Shown here piece by piece: positions 1 to 9,056 of a stretch of 64,000 nt of DNA (within the stretch, counting starts at the first letter, position 1; each line of letters opens with the position of its first letter). The position numbers and the translations under genes are program-made. The stretch covers positions 4,000,001 to 4,064,000 of the forward strand of contig OY970296.1 of assembly GCA_963716175.1 (NCBI GenBank). Direction: 5' to 3'. The stretch comes from an uncultured Armatimonadetes bacterium (GTDB lineage Bacteria > Armatimonadota > Hebobacteria > Hebobacterales > Hebobacteraceae). The notes under the pieces are model-generated. The model made no database searches, was not told the DNA's origin, and saw nothing but the letters and a program-made list of their open reading frames with translations.

Positions 1-670
1 GGCCCACACCCCTCTTGGCATAGGCCTCCAAGGCCTGCAGCACCCGCGCCATGCGGTAGATCGCATTCACACCTGCCTCCGGCCGGGAGCTGTGGGCGGC
101 CTTGCCGGCGGTGGCGACTCTGAATCTGGCCACCCCCTTGTGGGCGACCACGATCTGGAGACTGGTGGGCTCACCCACCACTGCCGCTCGCGCCTGCAGG
201 CCCGACTCCAGTAGGCTGAGCAGTCCTCGCATGCGGAACTCCTCATCCGCGGTGGCGGTGAAGACCACCGCGTGAGGAAGCCGGGTCCCGGCCTGCGCCA
301 GGGTGATGAGGGCGGCCACCATGGCGGCCAGACTGCCCTTGTCGTCGGCTGACCCCCGCCCGTACAGGATATCGCCCTCCACTCGGGCCTGGAAAGGAGC
401 GAAGGCCATGCCTTCACCGGAGACCGTGTCCAGGTGAGCGTCGAACCAGACCGCCTCCTCGCTTTGCCCTGGCAGGCGAGCGACTACGCTGGGCCGGCCC
501 GGCGCGGCCTCTCGCTGCTCGCAGGCAATCCCCGCCTCGCGCAGTCGAGCCTCCACGAGGGCCGCCAGTTGGGCCTCGCCCCGGCCTTCACCGAGCGGGC
601 CTTCCAAGGGGTTCACACTGGGGATCGCTACCATCTCCGCGACTAGCTTTCTGAGCTGCTCTCTGTCCAT
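1..670 (-). CDS. M20 family metallopeptidase/deacylase (ArgE/DapE-like), truncated by window start
   Basis: Read manually on the minus strand from ATG at 670: MDREQLRKLVAEMVAIPSVNPLEG...FDAHLDTVS...ILYGRGSADDKG...TADEEF. These are M20 zinc-binding motifs. Not in the ORF track because it runs off the window. Confidence 0.85.
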   Translation of the reverse strand, partial: MDREQLRKLVAEMVAIPSVNPLEGPLGEGRGEAQLAALVEARLREAGIACEQREAAPGRPSVVARLPGQSEEAVWFDAHLDTVSGEGMAFAPFQARVEGDILYGRGSADDKGSLAAMVAALITLAQAGTRLPHAVVFTATADEEFRMRGLLSLLESGLQARAAVVGEPTSLQIVVAHKGVARFRVATAGKAAHSSRPEAGVNAIYRMARVLQALEAYAKRGVG

Positions 671-996
671 GGCCCGGCGCGAGGAATCGCTGTCACCCCC
701 ACAACTGACTTCCTGAGCCGGTCCTCTCCTGGTTAGACACATCTCCGCGGCTCAGGCCCGCGGTCGTGCTTTCGCCGGCCGGGCGCTGGCATCCTCTCCC
801 CGGCCTGCCGGCGAACAGCCGCTCACAGACGCAGGTGATATGTGATTGGTCGCTGGGCAGGCGTGGTATATCAGGCGTAGTATATATGGAGGGGCCGGCC
901 GAAGTGAGCGTGGCCAGGCAGAGAGCGGCTGCTGGCGCGTTTTCGGTCGGGCCTGGGTGTACCATCCCGCAGATCACACAGCAGGAGGCACAAGGG

Positions 997-1911
997 ATGC
1001 TGACGAGCATAACGCGTCGCGCGCTGCCCGGTCTGGTCGGGCTTGCGTTTCTGGCGCTGTCCGCCACCAGCGCCGCCGCCGAGACGAAATGGCCGGCGGC
1101 CATGACCTACTCCCTCGGGCTCTCGAGTGATCCCACGGCCAAGATTCAGACCAGCGCGTTCTTCTATGGCCCCCTGAACGAGGAGTTCGGGGCCAAGATC
1201 GGCGGCTGGTGGATCGCCGGGGGCCGGGATAACCGCGCGTTCGTGGGCGATGCCTATGTTGACTACCACAAGCAGGCGCTCTACCTCGCGGCCGGTCGCA
1301 AGTTCGTGCCCTTTGGCCCGGCCGGGATTCTGGTCTCGCCCGGCGTCGCCGGGGGCGAGCTGCGGCTGGACTTCCCGCGGGTGGACGTGCAAGCGATCAC
1401 CGGGACGCTGGCCTTCACACCCGTCACCGGAGGCACCCGGTTCACCTTCGCCGGCAACCGCTCTCCTGCCGATGAGAACATCACCGCGGGGCGGGTGGCG
1501 GTGGCGTTGGCAGAGCCGACGGCCTCGGTGCCGGTGACGGTGGGAGGCAATGTGCTGCGGCTGCTGGACCATACCGGCCACAGCGGCGATATCTCAGTTG
1601 ATGCCGCCAAGTGGCTGAACCTGTTCGGGGAAGCGGCCAGCTTCGAGCACGTTCACGCCAGCGCGTATGGCCTCCGCCTCAGCAATCAGAAGGTGAAGCA
1701 GGACCCGAACCGCTACACCATGCTGACCATCTATCACCGGCGGGTTCCGGTGGGCTTCCTGCCCGCGGTGGCGGGCGCTACCCAGTATTTCGAGGACCAG
1801 ACCGGCTGGGTGGCAGGGCTCTACCATCAGTTCAACCCGCGCCAGGGCGTGGGTGTGTACGCGGACAACGAGAACGCCATCTTGACCCTGTTCGGATACG
1901 TGCCCCTCTGA
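997..1911 (+). CDS. Exported hypothetical protein, possible outer-membrane beta-barrel
   Basis: ORF 766..1911; likely start 997 after GGAGG. Signal peptide MLTSITRR...SAAA. Mature part is Gly/aromatic-rich with alternating beta-strand-like segments. Confidence 0.6.
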   Translation: MLTSITRRALPGLVGLAFLALSATSAAAETKWPAAMTYSLGLSSDPTAKIQTSAFFYGPLNEEFGAKIGGWWIAGGRDNRAFVGDAYVDYHKQALYLAAGRKFVPFGPAGILVSPGVAGGELRLDFPRVDVQAITGTLAFTPVTGGTRFTFAGNRSPADENITAGRVAVALAEPTASVPVTVGGNVLRLLDHTGHSGDISVDAAKWLNLFGEAASFEHVHASAYGLRLSNQKVKQDPNRYTMLTIYHRRVPVGFLPAVAGATQYFEDQTGWVAGLYHQFNPRQGVGVYADNENAILTLFGYVPL

Positions 1912-2028
1912 TCGCGGGCGCACTGCAGGCAAGCTGGCGGCCGTCCCGGCAGGCCCATTCGGACTGTGGGATTCCGCAAGGGATGTGGAACAAACCACAC
2001 GGATGAGACCTCCAGGGACGGTTAGTTC

Positions 2029-2226
2029 ATGTCCGTGTTATCTGACCAAGCGTCTCCCTCCCAAGTAGCGCCGCCCCAAAGCGGTGAAGCGGAACTGCCG
2101 AAGGTGCGCTGCTTGTGCGGGAAGTGGTGGTCGTATCGAAGCGGGGACAAGCTGATCCTGCGCTGCAAGCTGTGCAGACGAGAGATCGTCATCAGCGGGG
2201 AGAAGCTGACAATCACATACCGCTGA
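2029..2226 (+). CDS. Small Com-like zinc-ribbon protein
   Basis: 65 aa, VRCLCGK...ILRCKLCRREIVI. Two Cys pairs with the spacing of Mu Com / cysteine-rich KTR type zinc ribbons. Confidence 0.6.
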   Translation: MSVLSDQASPSQVAPPQSGEAELPKVRCLCGKWWSYRSGDKLILRCKLCRREIVISGEKLTITYR

Positions 2227-2272
2227 ACCTGGTCTGAGCGTAATCTAGAGCCGCAGCGCCAAAGATTCTGCC

Positions 2273-2305
2273 AGAGCCAAGGGCCGAAGCAGCCCTTGGC
2301 TTTCT
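2273..2305 (+). terminator. Terminator/attenuator-like hairpin upstream of the polysaccharide genes
   Basis: AGAGCCAAGGGC-CGAAGCA-GCCCTTGGCTTT, followed by CT. 12-bp stem including one G-U pair; short U-tract. Confidence 0.5.
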
Positions 2306-2384
2306 GCATGGCCCCCTGGCCTGTCTCATCCGCAACCTGAGCTTGCCCTTCCGTCCTTCGGCGGGAAGGCGAGAGGCAACGGAG

Positions 2385-4091
2385 ATGAGACGGCCACGGG
2401 GACGACTCGCCGTCTGGGGCGCGCGGCTCTCGATCTCGCTGGTCTGGCTTCCGGTCCTGGTCGTGGGCGCGAGCTCGCACCTGGCGCGGCGCACCAGACC
2501 AGGGATTCCCGAGTACCCGCAGGTGGCGCGCGTCACCGCACAGATGGCCGAGGGCGCAGCCCTCCTGCCCGCGGAAGGGGCCGAGCGGGCGGAGGCGTCT
2601 CCGCGCGCCGCGGTGCTCGGGCTGACCCGAGCAGAGGTCGCCTCGGGCGTGCCCTCACTGGCAGTGCTGGCCGAGGCCGCCCCTCATCGCCCAGGCCCGC
2701 CCGCCGGCCTTGCGGCGGGTTCCAGGTCATTCCTCCCGCACTCTTCGGGGCCGGCGCCAGAACCGGTCGCTCCCTTGACCGAATTGGCGCATTCCGTCAG
2801 TCAACCGCCGCCTGCTGCCGCGAGCGCGCCTCGCCTGGCGCCGGCTCCCAGCCTTGCTCTGGTTCCTACCCCCGAGCCGCACGCGAGACCCCGGCCGGTG
2901 CCGCCGGCGGTGTCGGGTCCGCCCAACATCAGCCAGCAAGCGCTGCCGACCCCGCGCGCACGGGCGCCGCGCACCGATTCCCGGCTGCGCCCGAGCGAAG
3001 CCCTGGCCGCCGCCTGGGCCGAGCAGAACGTGCGCTCCGTGCGGTTCGACGCCGGCTACTACTACGGCACGGGCAAGAGCATGCGGCAGCTCGCCGATGA
3101 CCTGACCCGTTCCTGGGCGGAGAAGGGCGTCAACCTCATCTACTACTACGCCTACAACCGTGTGTACGGGGCCCGCTATCGCACCAGCTACCCCGGCAAT
3201 ATCATGGAGGATTTCGGCCGGCAGGACCTGCTCACCTACATGCTGCAGTCAGCGCACAGCCGGGGCCTGAAGGTGATTGCCTGGTTCTACGGCCCTCAGC
3301 ACAAACGGATCTGGGAAACCCACCCGAAATGGAGGGAGAAGACCGCGGACGGCCGCGACTACCGCCCCAGCGCCGACGGCTACTACCTATGTGTGCGAAA
3401 CCCCGAGGTAGTGAAGTGGTGGCTCGGGTTCATTGACGACATCCTGGTCCACTACCCCGACCTGGACGGAGTGGATATCGCGGAGGCGCAGGTGGACACC
3501 TGGGGCGATCACGCCTGCCACTGCCGAGAGTGCCGGAACCAGTTCACCCAGAGCTACCCGCGGCAGCCCCTGGGAGGAACGAGCTGGCGCCAGTTCCGGG
3601 CTGATGGCCTCAGCCGTCTTTTGCTGGCCACTAACCACCTGACCCACGGATACGGGAAGGAGGCTCACCTCACCACAGTGTTCACGGCCAAGGCCGATGG
3701 CAGACTGATGGCCCCCGGTATGGTCCGCGACGCCACCGGCTTTGACCTCGACGGTATCCTTTCCAGCACCGACAGGCCGGATGTGATCCAGGCCGAGCTG
3801 ATCTGGCAGCAGTGGGCGGCCACTTACCAGGATCCGGTGACCTTCACCGCGGAATGGACTCACCAGGCGGTGGACGAAGCCAAGTATCTGACTGCGGGGA
3901 GGGCTCGCCTGATCGCCCATCTGGAGGTTACCGACTTCGGCCTGGGTCCGCTCGACGGGCCTCGACTCGGCACCACCGTGGCGGCCGCGGTCCAAGGCGC
4001 GCCCTACGGCATTGATGTCTACGACGCACATCTCATTGACCAGACGGAGGACGCCACCCGATACCTGCAGATGGCCTGGCTTACCTTCTAA
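2385..4091 (+). CDS. Membrane-anchored glycoside hydrolase-like protein (GHL10/GHL13-type TIM barrel) with Pro/Ala-rich linker
   Basis: N-terminal hydrophobic segment and long Pro-rich stalk, then GVNLIYYYAY...DLLTYMLQSAHSRGLKVIAW...YPDLDGVDIAE...CHCRECR. Confidence 0.75.
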   Translation: MRRPRGRLAVWGARLSISLVWLPVLVVGASSHLARRTRPGIPEYPQVARVTAQMAEGAALLPAEGAERAEASPRAAVLGLTRAEVASGVPSLAVLAEAAPHRPGPPAGLAAGSRSFLPHSSGPAPEPVAPLTELAHSVSQPPPAAASAPRLAPAPSLALVPTPEPHARPRPVPPAVSGPPNISQQALPTPRARAPRTDSRLRPSEALAAAWAEQNVRSVRFDAGYYYGTGKSMRQLADDLTRSWAEKGVNLIYYYAYNRVYGARYRTSYPGNIMEDFGRQDLLTYMLQSAHSRGLKVIAWFYGPQHKRIWETHPKWREKTADGRDYRPSADGYYLCVRNPEVVKWWLGFIDDILVHYPDLDGVDIAEAQVDTWGDHACHCRECRNQFTQSYPRQPLGGTSWRQFRADGLSRLLLATNHLTHGYGKEAHLTTVFTAKADGRLMAPGMVRDATGFDLDGILSSTDRPDVIQAELIWQQWAATYQDPVTFTAEWTHQAVDEAKYLTAGRARLIAHLEVTDFGLGPLDGPRLGTTVAAAVQGAPYGIDVYDAHLIDQTEDATRYLQMAWLTF

Positions 4092-4196
4092 TGAATGTCG
4101 CCCAACGAAGTAACGGGCGGCATTCATCAGAAAGCCAGGAAATGGCTGAAGAAAGGACGTTCGCACAATGTTACTTCATTGCGCGAACGTCAGTAG
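4088..4196. mobile_element. MITE-like element, family B (copy 1)
   Basis: Imperfect terminal inverted repeats CTAATGAATGTCGC / GCGAACGTCAGTAG. Two hairpins, each carrying GAAGTAA, in opposite orientation. Related copy at 11894..11997. Confidence 0.6.
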
Positions 4197-4495
4197 TGTG
4201 GGGTGGCGCGGACCGCGAGGCCCGCGCGGGCTTGCCCGCCGGCCGTCTGGCGGGCGCTGACGGCGCTTGGTCGCACCCAGCGCCGCGAGCAATCGCAGCA
4301 ACTGGACGAGGGGGTCCAGTCTCACCGGCCGCGGCCCGTTCCCGAGCCGGGAGCGGAGCCGCGGAGAACGCCCGGCCGGATGACCTCCGCATCCGGCCGG
4401 GCGCCATCTTCCCGCAGTCAGCCTCCGCGGCGACAGTCCTCGAGACTCGCTGGGGGTGTGGCCGCTTTCTCAGGGTGGGCCGGAGATCGCTCCTC

Positions 4496-4613
4496 TGTCA
4501 TCCTGAGCGTCAGCGAAGAGCCTGCCCTGAGCGAAGTCGAAGGGATCTCGCCGTCTGCGCCAACGGAACGGCGGGATTCTTCGCCTCGCGCTGTGCGCTC
4601 GCTCAGAATGACA
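4496..4613. repeat. Palindromic TGTCATCCTGAGC...GCTCAGAATGACA repeat with a nested CCCTGAGCGAAGTCGAAGGG insert
   Basis: Terminal inverted arms TGTCATCCTGAGCG / CGCTCAGAATGACA, with internal GAAG..GGATCT / GGATTCTTCG arms. Confidence 0.7.
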
Positions 4614-4748
4614 ACGACGGCCGCCCAGACTTTGCGGTCACGCCCCTCGCTGGTGTTGCACGCCTGCTGCAGACGTGGCATGATAGATTGGCGTCTCGCC
4701 GGCTGGCTGTCCCACCATCGCGGGTAGTCAGCAGACGACGCGGATCGG

Positions 4749-6515
4749 TTGATGCGAGGGCTTCCAGTCGTCTTACTGCTAACGTGCCTGCTCACCGCGG
4801 GTGCGGCCCGCGCCGCGGAGACGCGGGTGTTGGTGGTCTACAGTGAAGGGCAGGCGCCGAAGCTGGCCGCGCAGTGGGTCGTGCCGGCCCTGCTGAACCT
4901 GCTCGGCCATTTCGATTGCACCAACACCGTGATCCCGGCCGATGCCTACCAGCCCGGGCAGATCGAGACCTGTGATGTCGTCATCTACCTCGGCCTCGGG
5001 CCGGCCAAGGCTCTGCCGGAGGCCTTGCTGTCCGATATCTATGGCACCAATCGCCCGGTCTGCTGGCTGGGCTACAATCTCGATCTGCTCGCCGCTCGCT
5101 TCTCCCTGGAGCGGTACAGCTTCGAGGTGGCCAGGGAACCGGCCGGCGGGAAGCATCCTCGGGTGATCTACCGCTCGCAGGTGCTGACACGGCCGCAGAT
5201 GCCGATGGCCAGGATCACGGTGACCCATCGCGCCTCCTGCATCGTGCTGGCCGCGGCCGAGGGAGAGGGCCAGGCCCTGCCCTACGCGGTGCGGAGCGGC
5301 CGCTTCTGGTACTTCGCGGATGTGCCGCTGATGGAGTTGAGTGAGACCGGGAGCCATGTTGCCCTGAGCGACCAGCTTCACGAAATCCTGGGCCAGCCTC
5401 ACCCGGCCCGGCGGACCGCCCTGATCTGCATCACGGGGGTGAGCGCGCAGACCGACCTCGGGGGCCTGCGAGCGCTGGTGCGGTACCTGCAAGGGGAAAA
5501 GCTCCCCTACGCCATCGCCGTCATCCCGCTGTTCCGGGATCCGCGAGAGGATCTGGAAGTGCGGCTCAGCAGCCGACGCAGCGTGGTCGGGATCGTTCGC
5601 GGGGCCCAGCGGGCAGGAGCGGCCACCATCGCAAATGGCTTCACCCATCAGTTCGGGAGCCGCAGCGGCGAGGACGCGGAGTTCTGGGACTTGGCGCGAA
5701 ACCGGCCGCCCCTGGGCCACACTCCCTCTGACACCGTGCAGCGCATCCGGCAAGCTATTGCTGAGTTGGGCCGCTGTGGGCTCTATCCGACGGTTTGGGC
5801 GACGCCGCAGGGCCGGGCCTCCTCGGCTGACTATGCAGAGATCGCGCGGGCCTGCTCCACCACCTGGGAGCGACGGCTGACGAGCGTGCTGGCGCCGGGC
5901 CCCCAGACCTTCCCGTTCCTGGTCAAGCGAGATAGCTTCGGACAGCGGGTGATACCCGATAACCTGAGCGTGCTGCGGGGCGGCGGCGGCGAGCTGGAGA
6001 CGATCCTCGAGCAGGCCCGATGCCAGTCCGTGGTGCCGGACCCCTGGCTGACCGCGGCGATTGCGCCAGAGGCGCCCCTGGAGTCGGTGAAGTTGCTGAT
6101 CGCGGCCCTGCGCGAGATGGGCTACCAGTTCGCCGACCTGCGGCGGGACACCGGTTGGATGAAGGGGCGATCCCTGGAGATCTACTCGACGGGCGCTCCC
6201 ACCCCCATCACCCGGCTCATGCCGAGTGGCTGGGACGCGACCCTGCTGGGCCCAAGCCGGCGTGACCTGACCCGCTTCGAGAGCCCGGACAGCGACGAGA
6301 GGGATAGCGCTGTCCTGCGGCCTGGGGCGATTCTCATCACCTATCCCTCCGGCGGCCGGCCACGCGAGATCTTCGCCTTCGAGGGAGGGCCTGAGGAGAT
6401 GGCCCAACGCGCGGTGGCGGGCGTCGCGCGGGTGATCGTGATCTTCGCACTGGGCGCCTGCGTGCTGTTCATCCTCATCTACCTGACCCAGATCTCGCTC
6501 CAGTGGCGGGCCTAG
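4749..6515 (+). CDS. DUF2334 (YdaL-like) polysaccharide deacetylase-like protein with signal peptide and C-terminal TM anchor
   Basis: LLNLLGHF, PYAIAVIPLF, NGFTHQ..SGEDAEFWD motifs typical of DUF2334; C-terminal hydrophobic helix. Confidence 0.75.
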   Translation: MMRGLPVVLLLTCLLTAGAARAAETRVLVVYSEGQAPKLAAQWVVPALLNLLGHFDCTNTVIPADAYQPGQIETCDVVIYLGLGPAKALPEALLSDIYGTNRPVCWLGYNLDLLAARFSLERYSFEVAREPAGGKHPRVIYRSQVLTRPQMPMARITVTHRASCIVLAAAEGEGQALPYAVRSGRFWYFADVPLMELSETGSHVALSDQLHEILGQPHPARRTALICITGVSAQTDLGGLRALVRYLQGEKLPYAIAVIPLFRDPREDLEVRLSSRRSVVGIVRGAQRAGAATIANGFTHQFGSRSGEDAEFWDLARNRPPLGHTPSDTVQRIRQAIAELGRCGLYPTVWATPQGRASSADYAEIARACSTTWERRLTSVLAPGPQTFPFLVKRDSFGQRVIPDNLSVLRGGGGELETILEQARCQSVVPDPWLTAAIAPEAPLESVKLLIAALREMGYQFADLRRDTGWMKGRSLEIYSTGAPTPITRLMPSGWDATLLGPSRRDLTRFESPDSDERDSAVLRPGAILITYPSGGRPREIFAFEGGPEEMAQRAVAGVARVIVIFALGACVLFILIYLTQISLQWRA

Positions 6516-6518
6516 CTG

Positions 6519-9056
6519 ATGCGGCGATTCCCCACGCTGGTGCCGGTGCTGCTCGCGCTGGCTCTCACCACCGGATGCCATCGCCAGGCGGCGCCGCCTC
6601 CCAGAGTCAGCCTGCCGCCCTCACCTCCAGCCGCGCCCGTGCGGGTGCTGATCGTGCGAGAGGACGGGGAGGGCCTGGCGGATTGCGCCCGCGAGCTGGC
6701 GGCCCTCCTGGCGCATTTCGAGGAGCGCTGCTCCATCCTCCCGGCGTCGGAGTATAAACCGGGCCTGTTGGGCCGCTATCCCTACGCCTTCTATCTCACT
6801 GGCACAGCCGCGGCCCGGGCGCAGTCGCGTGTCGCCGCCGACGCCAGCAGCTACCAGGGCACATTGGCCTGGATCGGCGGTGGCATCCAGGCGCTAGGTG
6901 ACTCCGCTCTCAGCCGCTTGCATCTCACCCCTGACGAGGGGCCCAGCACCTCGGATGGCTGGCTGCTCTCCTACCGCGGCCAGAGCCACGTAGAACGACT
7001 GACCGTGCCCGGGGTGCGGGCCGGCGCGGGAGCGAAGGCGCAGGCGGAGGTGCAGAGCAAGGGGGATCGGCGGCCGTTCCTGGTCGGTAACGGCAAGCTC
7101 TGGTACGCGGCCGCTGGCCCCGCGCCAGGGAGGGATCACTTCTGGAGCCGGTGCGTCTGGGCCGACGCGCTGCACGAGATGCTCGCCTGCTCCCATCCCC
7201 GGCAGCGCCGGCTGGTGGCAGTGCTCCGCGATGTTCCGGTATGGGTGAACGAGCGGCAGGTGCCAGCCGTGATCCAGCCGCTGCTGGCGGCGCAAGTTCC
7301 GGTCTCCGTGCTGGCGGCAGCGAAGACGGGGGACGTCCTGCTCTCCGAACGCCCGGCGGCGGTGCGCGGCCTGCGCCGGGCCGAGGCGCTGGGGGCAGTG
7401 ATCACGCTCTCAGGTGAGGCCAGGTCGCGGGCGCGGGAGGAGCTGCGGATGGCCTGGGAGGTGGGGCTTCACCCCCTCGCCTGGGCCGGGCCCACCGGGG
7501 AGGACAATCCCTTTCGGCTCCGAGTGGCCGGGCCGGATGACTCGCCTCCTTTCTCGGCCGGCGGCCTGCTGCCAGCTCCCATCCCCCTCAGCGATGCCGG
7601 CTACATCTCACGAGAGGACGCCGCGCATCTCCAGATGCTGGAGGTGGTGAGAGACGCGGTGGCGCTGGTCTCTTTCGGCCTGTGGGCGGCTCCGCAGCCA
7701 TTCCTGCGGTTCGTGAAGGGCCAGGAGGCTCGCGGCTGGCGGCCCGCGGACCTGCGAGACCTGGGTGCGCTGGTGACAGACTCGCGGCGCACCCTGGTGT
7801 CGGGCCAGGCGAAGGTGCTGCTGCCTTCAGATACGCGTCTTCGCAAGAGGGTGTTTGGGCCGCGCTGGGAAGAGAAGAGCGAGGAGACAGTCTCTTTCCC
7901 TGGCTCCTCGGTGGGCGAGCGCAGCATTGCCGCTCCGGAGCGCTCGGCGGTGGCCTTGGAGGCCGTCCGGCGGATGCCCGCCCGGCCTTTCCTCACCGGT
8001 GTCACCCTGGATCCCTGGTCCTACAGCGATCTGGGTGTGTCCAGCGAGACGCTGGCGGAAGCGCTGGCGGAGCGATACTCCCGCAATGGGGTCAACACTG
8101 TCTTCTGCTATGCTTATAATGTTGATGAGGGGGCTGCTTACCGTACCCGATATCGCGGCGCCTCCACGAGCGATTGGGGACGCCAGGACCTGCTGGGGCA
8201 TTTGCTCGAGGCGTGCCACGGTCGGGGAGTCCGGGTGGTAGCCTGGCTGTATAGCGGACGCGACCGGGGAATGTGGCTGCGACACCCGGAGTGGAGAGAG
8301 CGAACTGCTGGAGGCAAGGAATATAACCCGCTGCGGCTGCATGCGACTTACTTTCTCTGCCCGCGGAACCCGGAGGTGCGCCGCTGGCACGCGGGGCTGG
8401 TGCAGGACCTGGCCCGCCGCTACCCGACCCTCGATGGGATCGAGTTATGTGAGCCGCTGGTCAACTGGTGGGGCGATCAGGCCTGCTACTGCGAGGTGTG
8501 CCGGCGGGAGTTCGCGGCGGCCCATCCCCGGGAGGCCCTCGGGGGGCCGGCCTGGCGGCGCTTTCGGGCCCAGGGGTTGGGCGGGTTCCTCTCCCACTGC
8601 CTGGAGGCGATCTCGCAGGAGGGGATTGACACCTACATCATGACTATCAGCGACGCCTGGAGCAACGGGGCGATCCTGTCACCGCAGCGGCAGGCGGACG
8701 AGTCCGGGTTCGATCTGGACGCTCTGCTGGACGGCCCCCACCCACCGGACTGGGTCAACTTCGAGGTGATCTGGCAGCAGTGGGCGGCGATCTATGGGGC
8801 CGAGGTGTTCAACTCCCGGTGGGCGGCGGAGGCCGCGCAGCAGCTGGTGCGGCGCACCGACGGCCGGGCCCGGGTGGTTCTGCATGTGGAGCTGACGGAC
8901 TTCGGATCCCAGCAGATGACTCCCGCCAAGATCGCGGAGACGATCAGCCGGGTGAGCGCGGCCAGGCCCAACGGCATCGAGTGCTATCACTCCGCGGCGG
9001 TTGACAGCAAAGCGGCCTGGACCGTGCTGAAGCGTTCCTTTGAGGGGCTGCGGTGA
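6519..9056 (+). CDS. Lipoprotein: degenerate DUF2334-like N-terminal region fused to a GHL10/GHL13-like hydrolase domain
   Basis: Lipobox LTTGC. LAALLAHF and DALHEML resemble the previous gene. C-terminal half is clearly paralogous to 2385..4091 (GRQDLL, LDGIELCE, IWQQWAA). Confidence 0.75.
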   Translation: MRRFPTLVPVLLALALTTGCHRQAAPPPRVSLPPSPPAAPVRVLIVREDGEGLADCARELAALLAHFEERCSILPASEYKPGLLGRYPYAFYLTGTAAARAQSRVAADASSYQGTLAWIGGGIQALGDSALSRLHLTPDEGPSTSDGWLLSYRGQSHVERLTVPGVRAGAGAKAQAEVQSKGDRRPFLVGNGKLWYAAAGPAPGRDHFWSRCVWADALHEMLACSHPRQRRLVAVLRDVPVWVNERQVPAVIQPLLAAQVPVSVLAAAKTGDVLLSERPAAVRGLRRAEALGAVITLSGEARSRAREELRMAWEVGLHPLAWAGPTGEDNPFRLRVAGPDDSPPFSAGGLLPAPIPLSDAGYISREDAAHLQMLEVVRDAVALVSFGLWAAPQPFLRFVKGQEARGWRPADLRDLGALVTDSRRTLVSGQAKVLLPSDTRLRKRVFGPRWEEKSEETVSFPGSSVGERSIAAPERSAVALEAVRRMPARPFLTGVTLDPWSYSDLGVSSETLAEALAERYSRNGVNTVFCYAYNVDEGAAYRTRYRGASTSDWGRQDLLGHLLEACHGRGVRVVAWLYSGRDRGMWLRHPEWRERTAGGKEYNPLRLHATYFLCPRNPEVRRWHAGLVQDLARRYPTLDGIELCEPLVNWWGDQACYCEVCRREFAAAHPREALGGPAWRRFRAQGLGGFLSHCLEAISQEGIDTYIMTISDAWSNGAILSPQRQADESGFDLDALLDGPHPPDWVNFEVIWQQWAAIYGAEVFNSRWAAEAAQQLVRRTDGRARVVLHVELTDFGSQQMTPAKIAETISRVSAARPNGIECYHSAAVDSKAAWTVLKRSFEGLR

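Noticed and set aside
4091-4846. ORFs 4091..4846 and 4203..4727 as real genes
   Set aside because: They translate through MITE and palindromic repeats and have low-complexity Arg/Ala/Pro composition.
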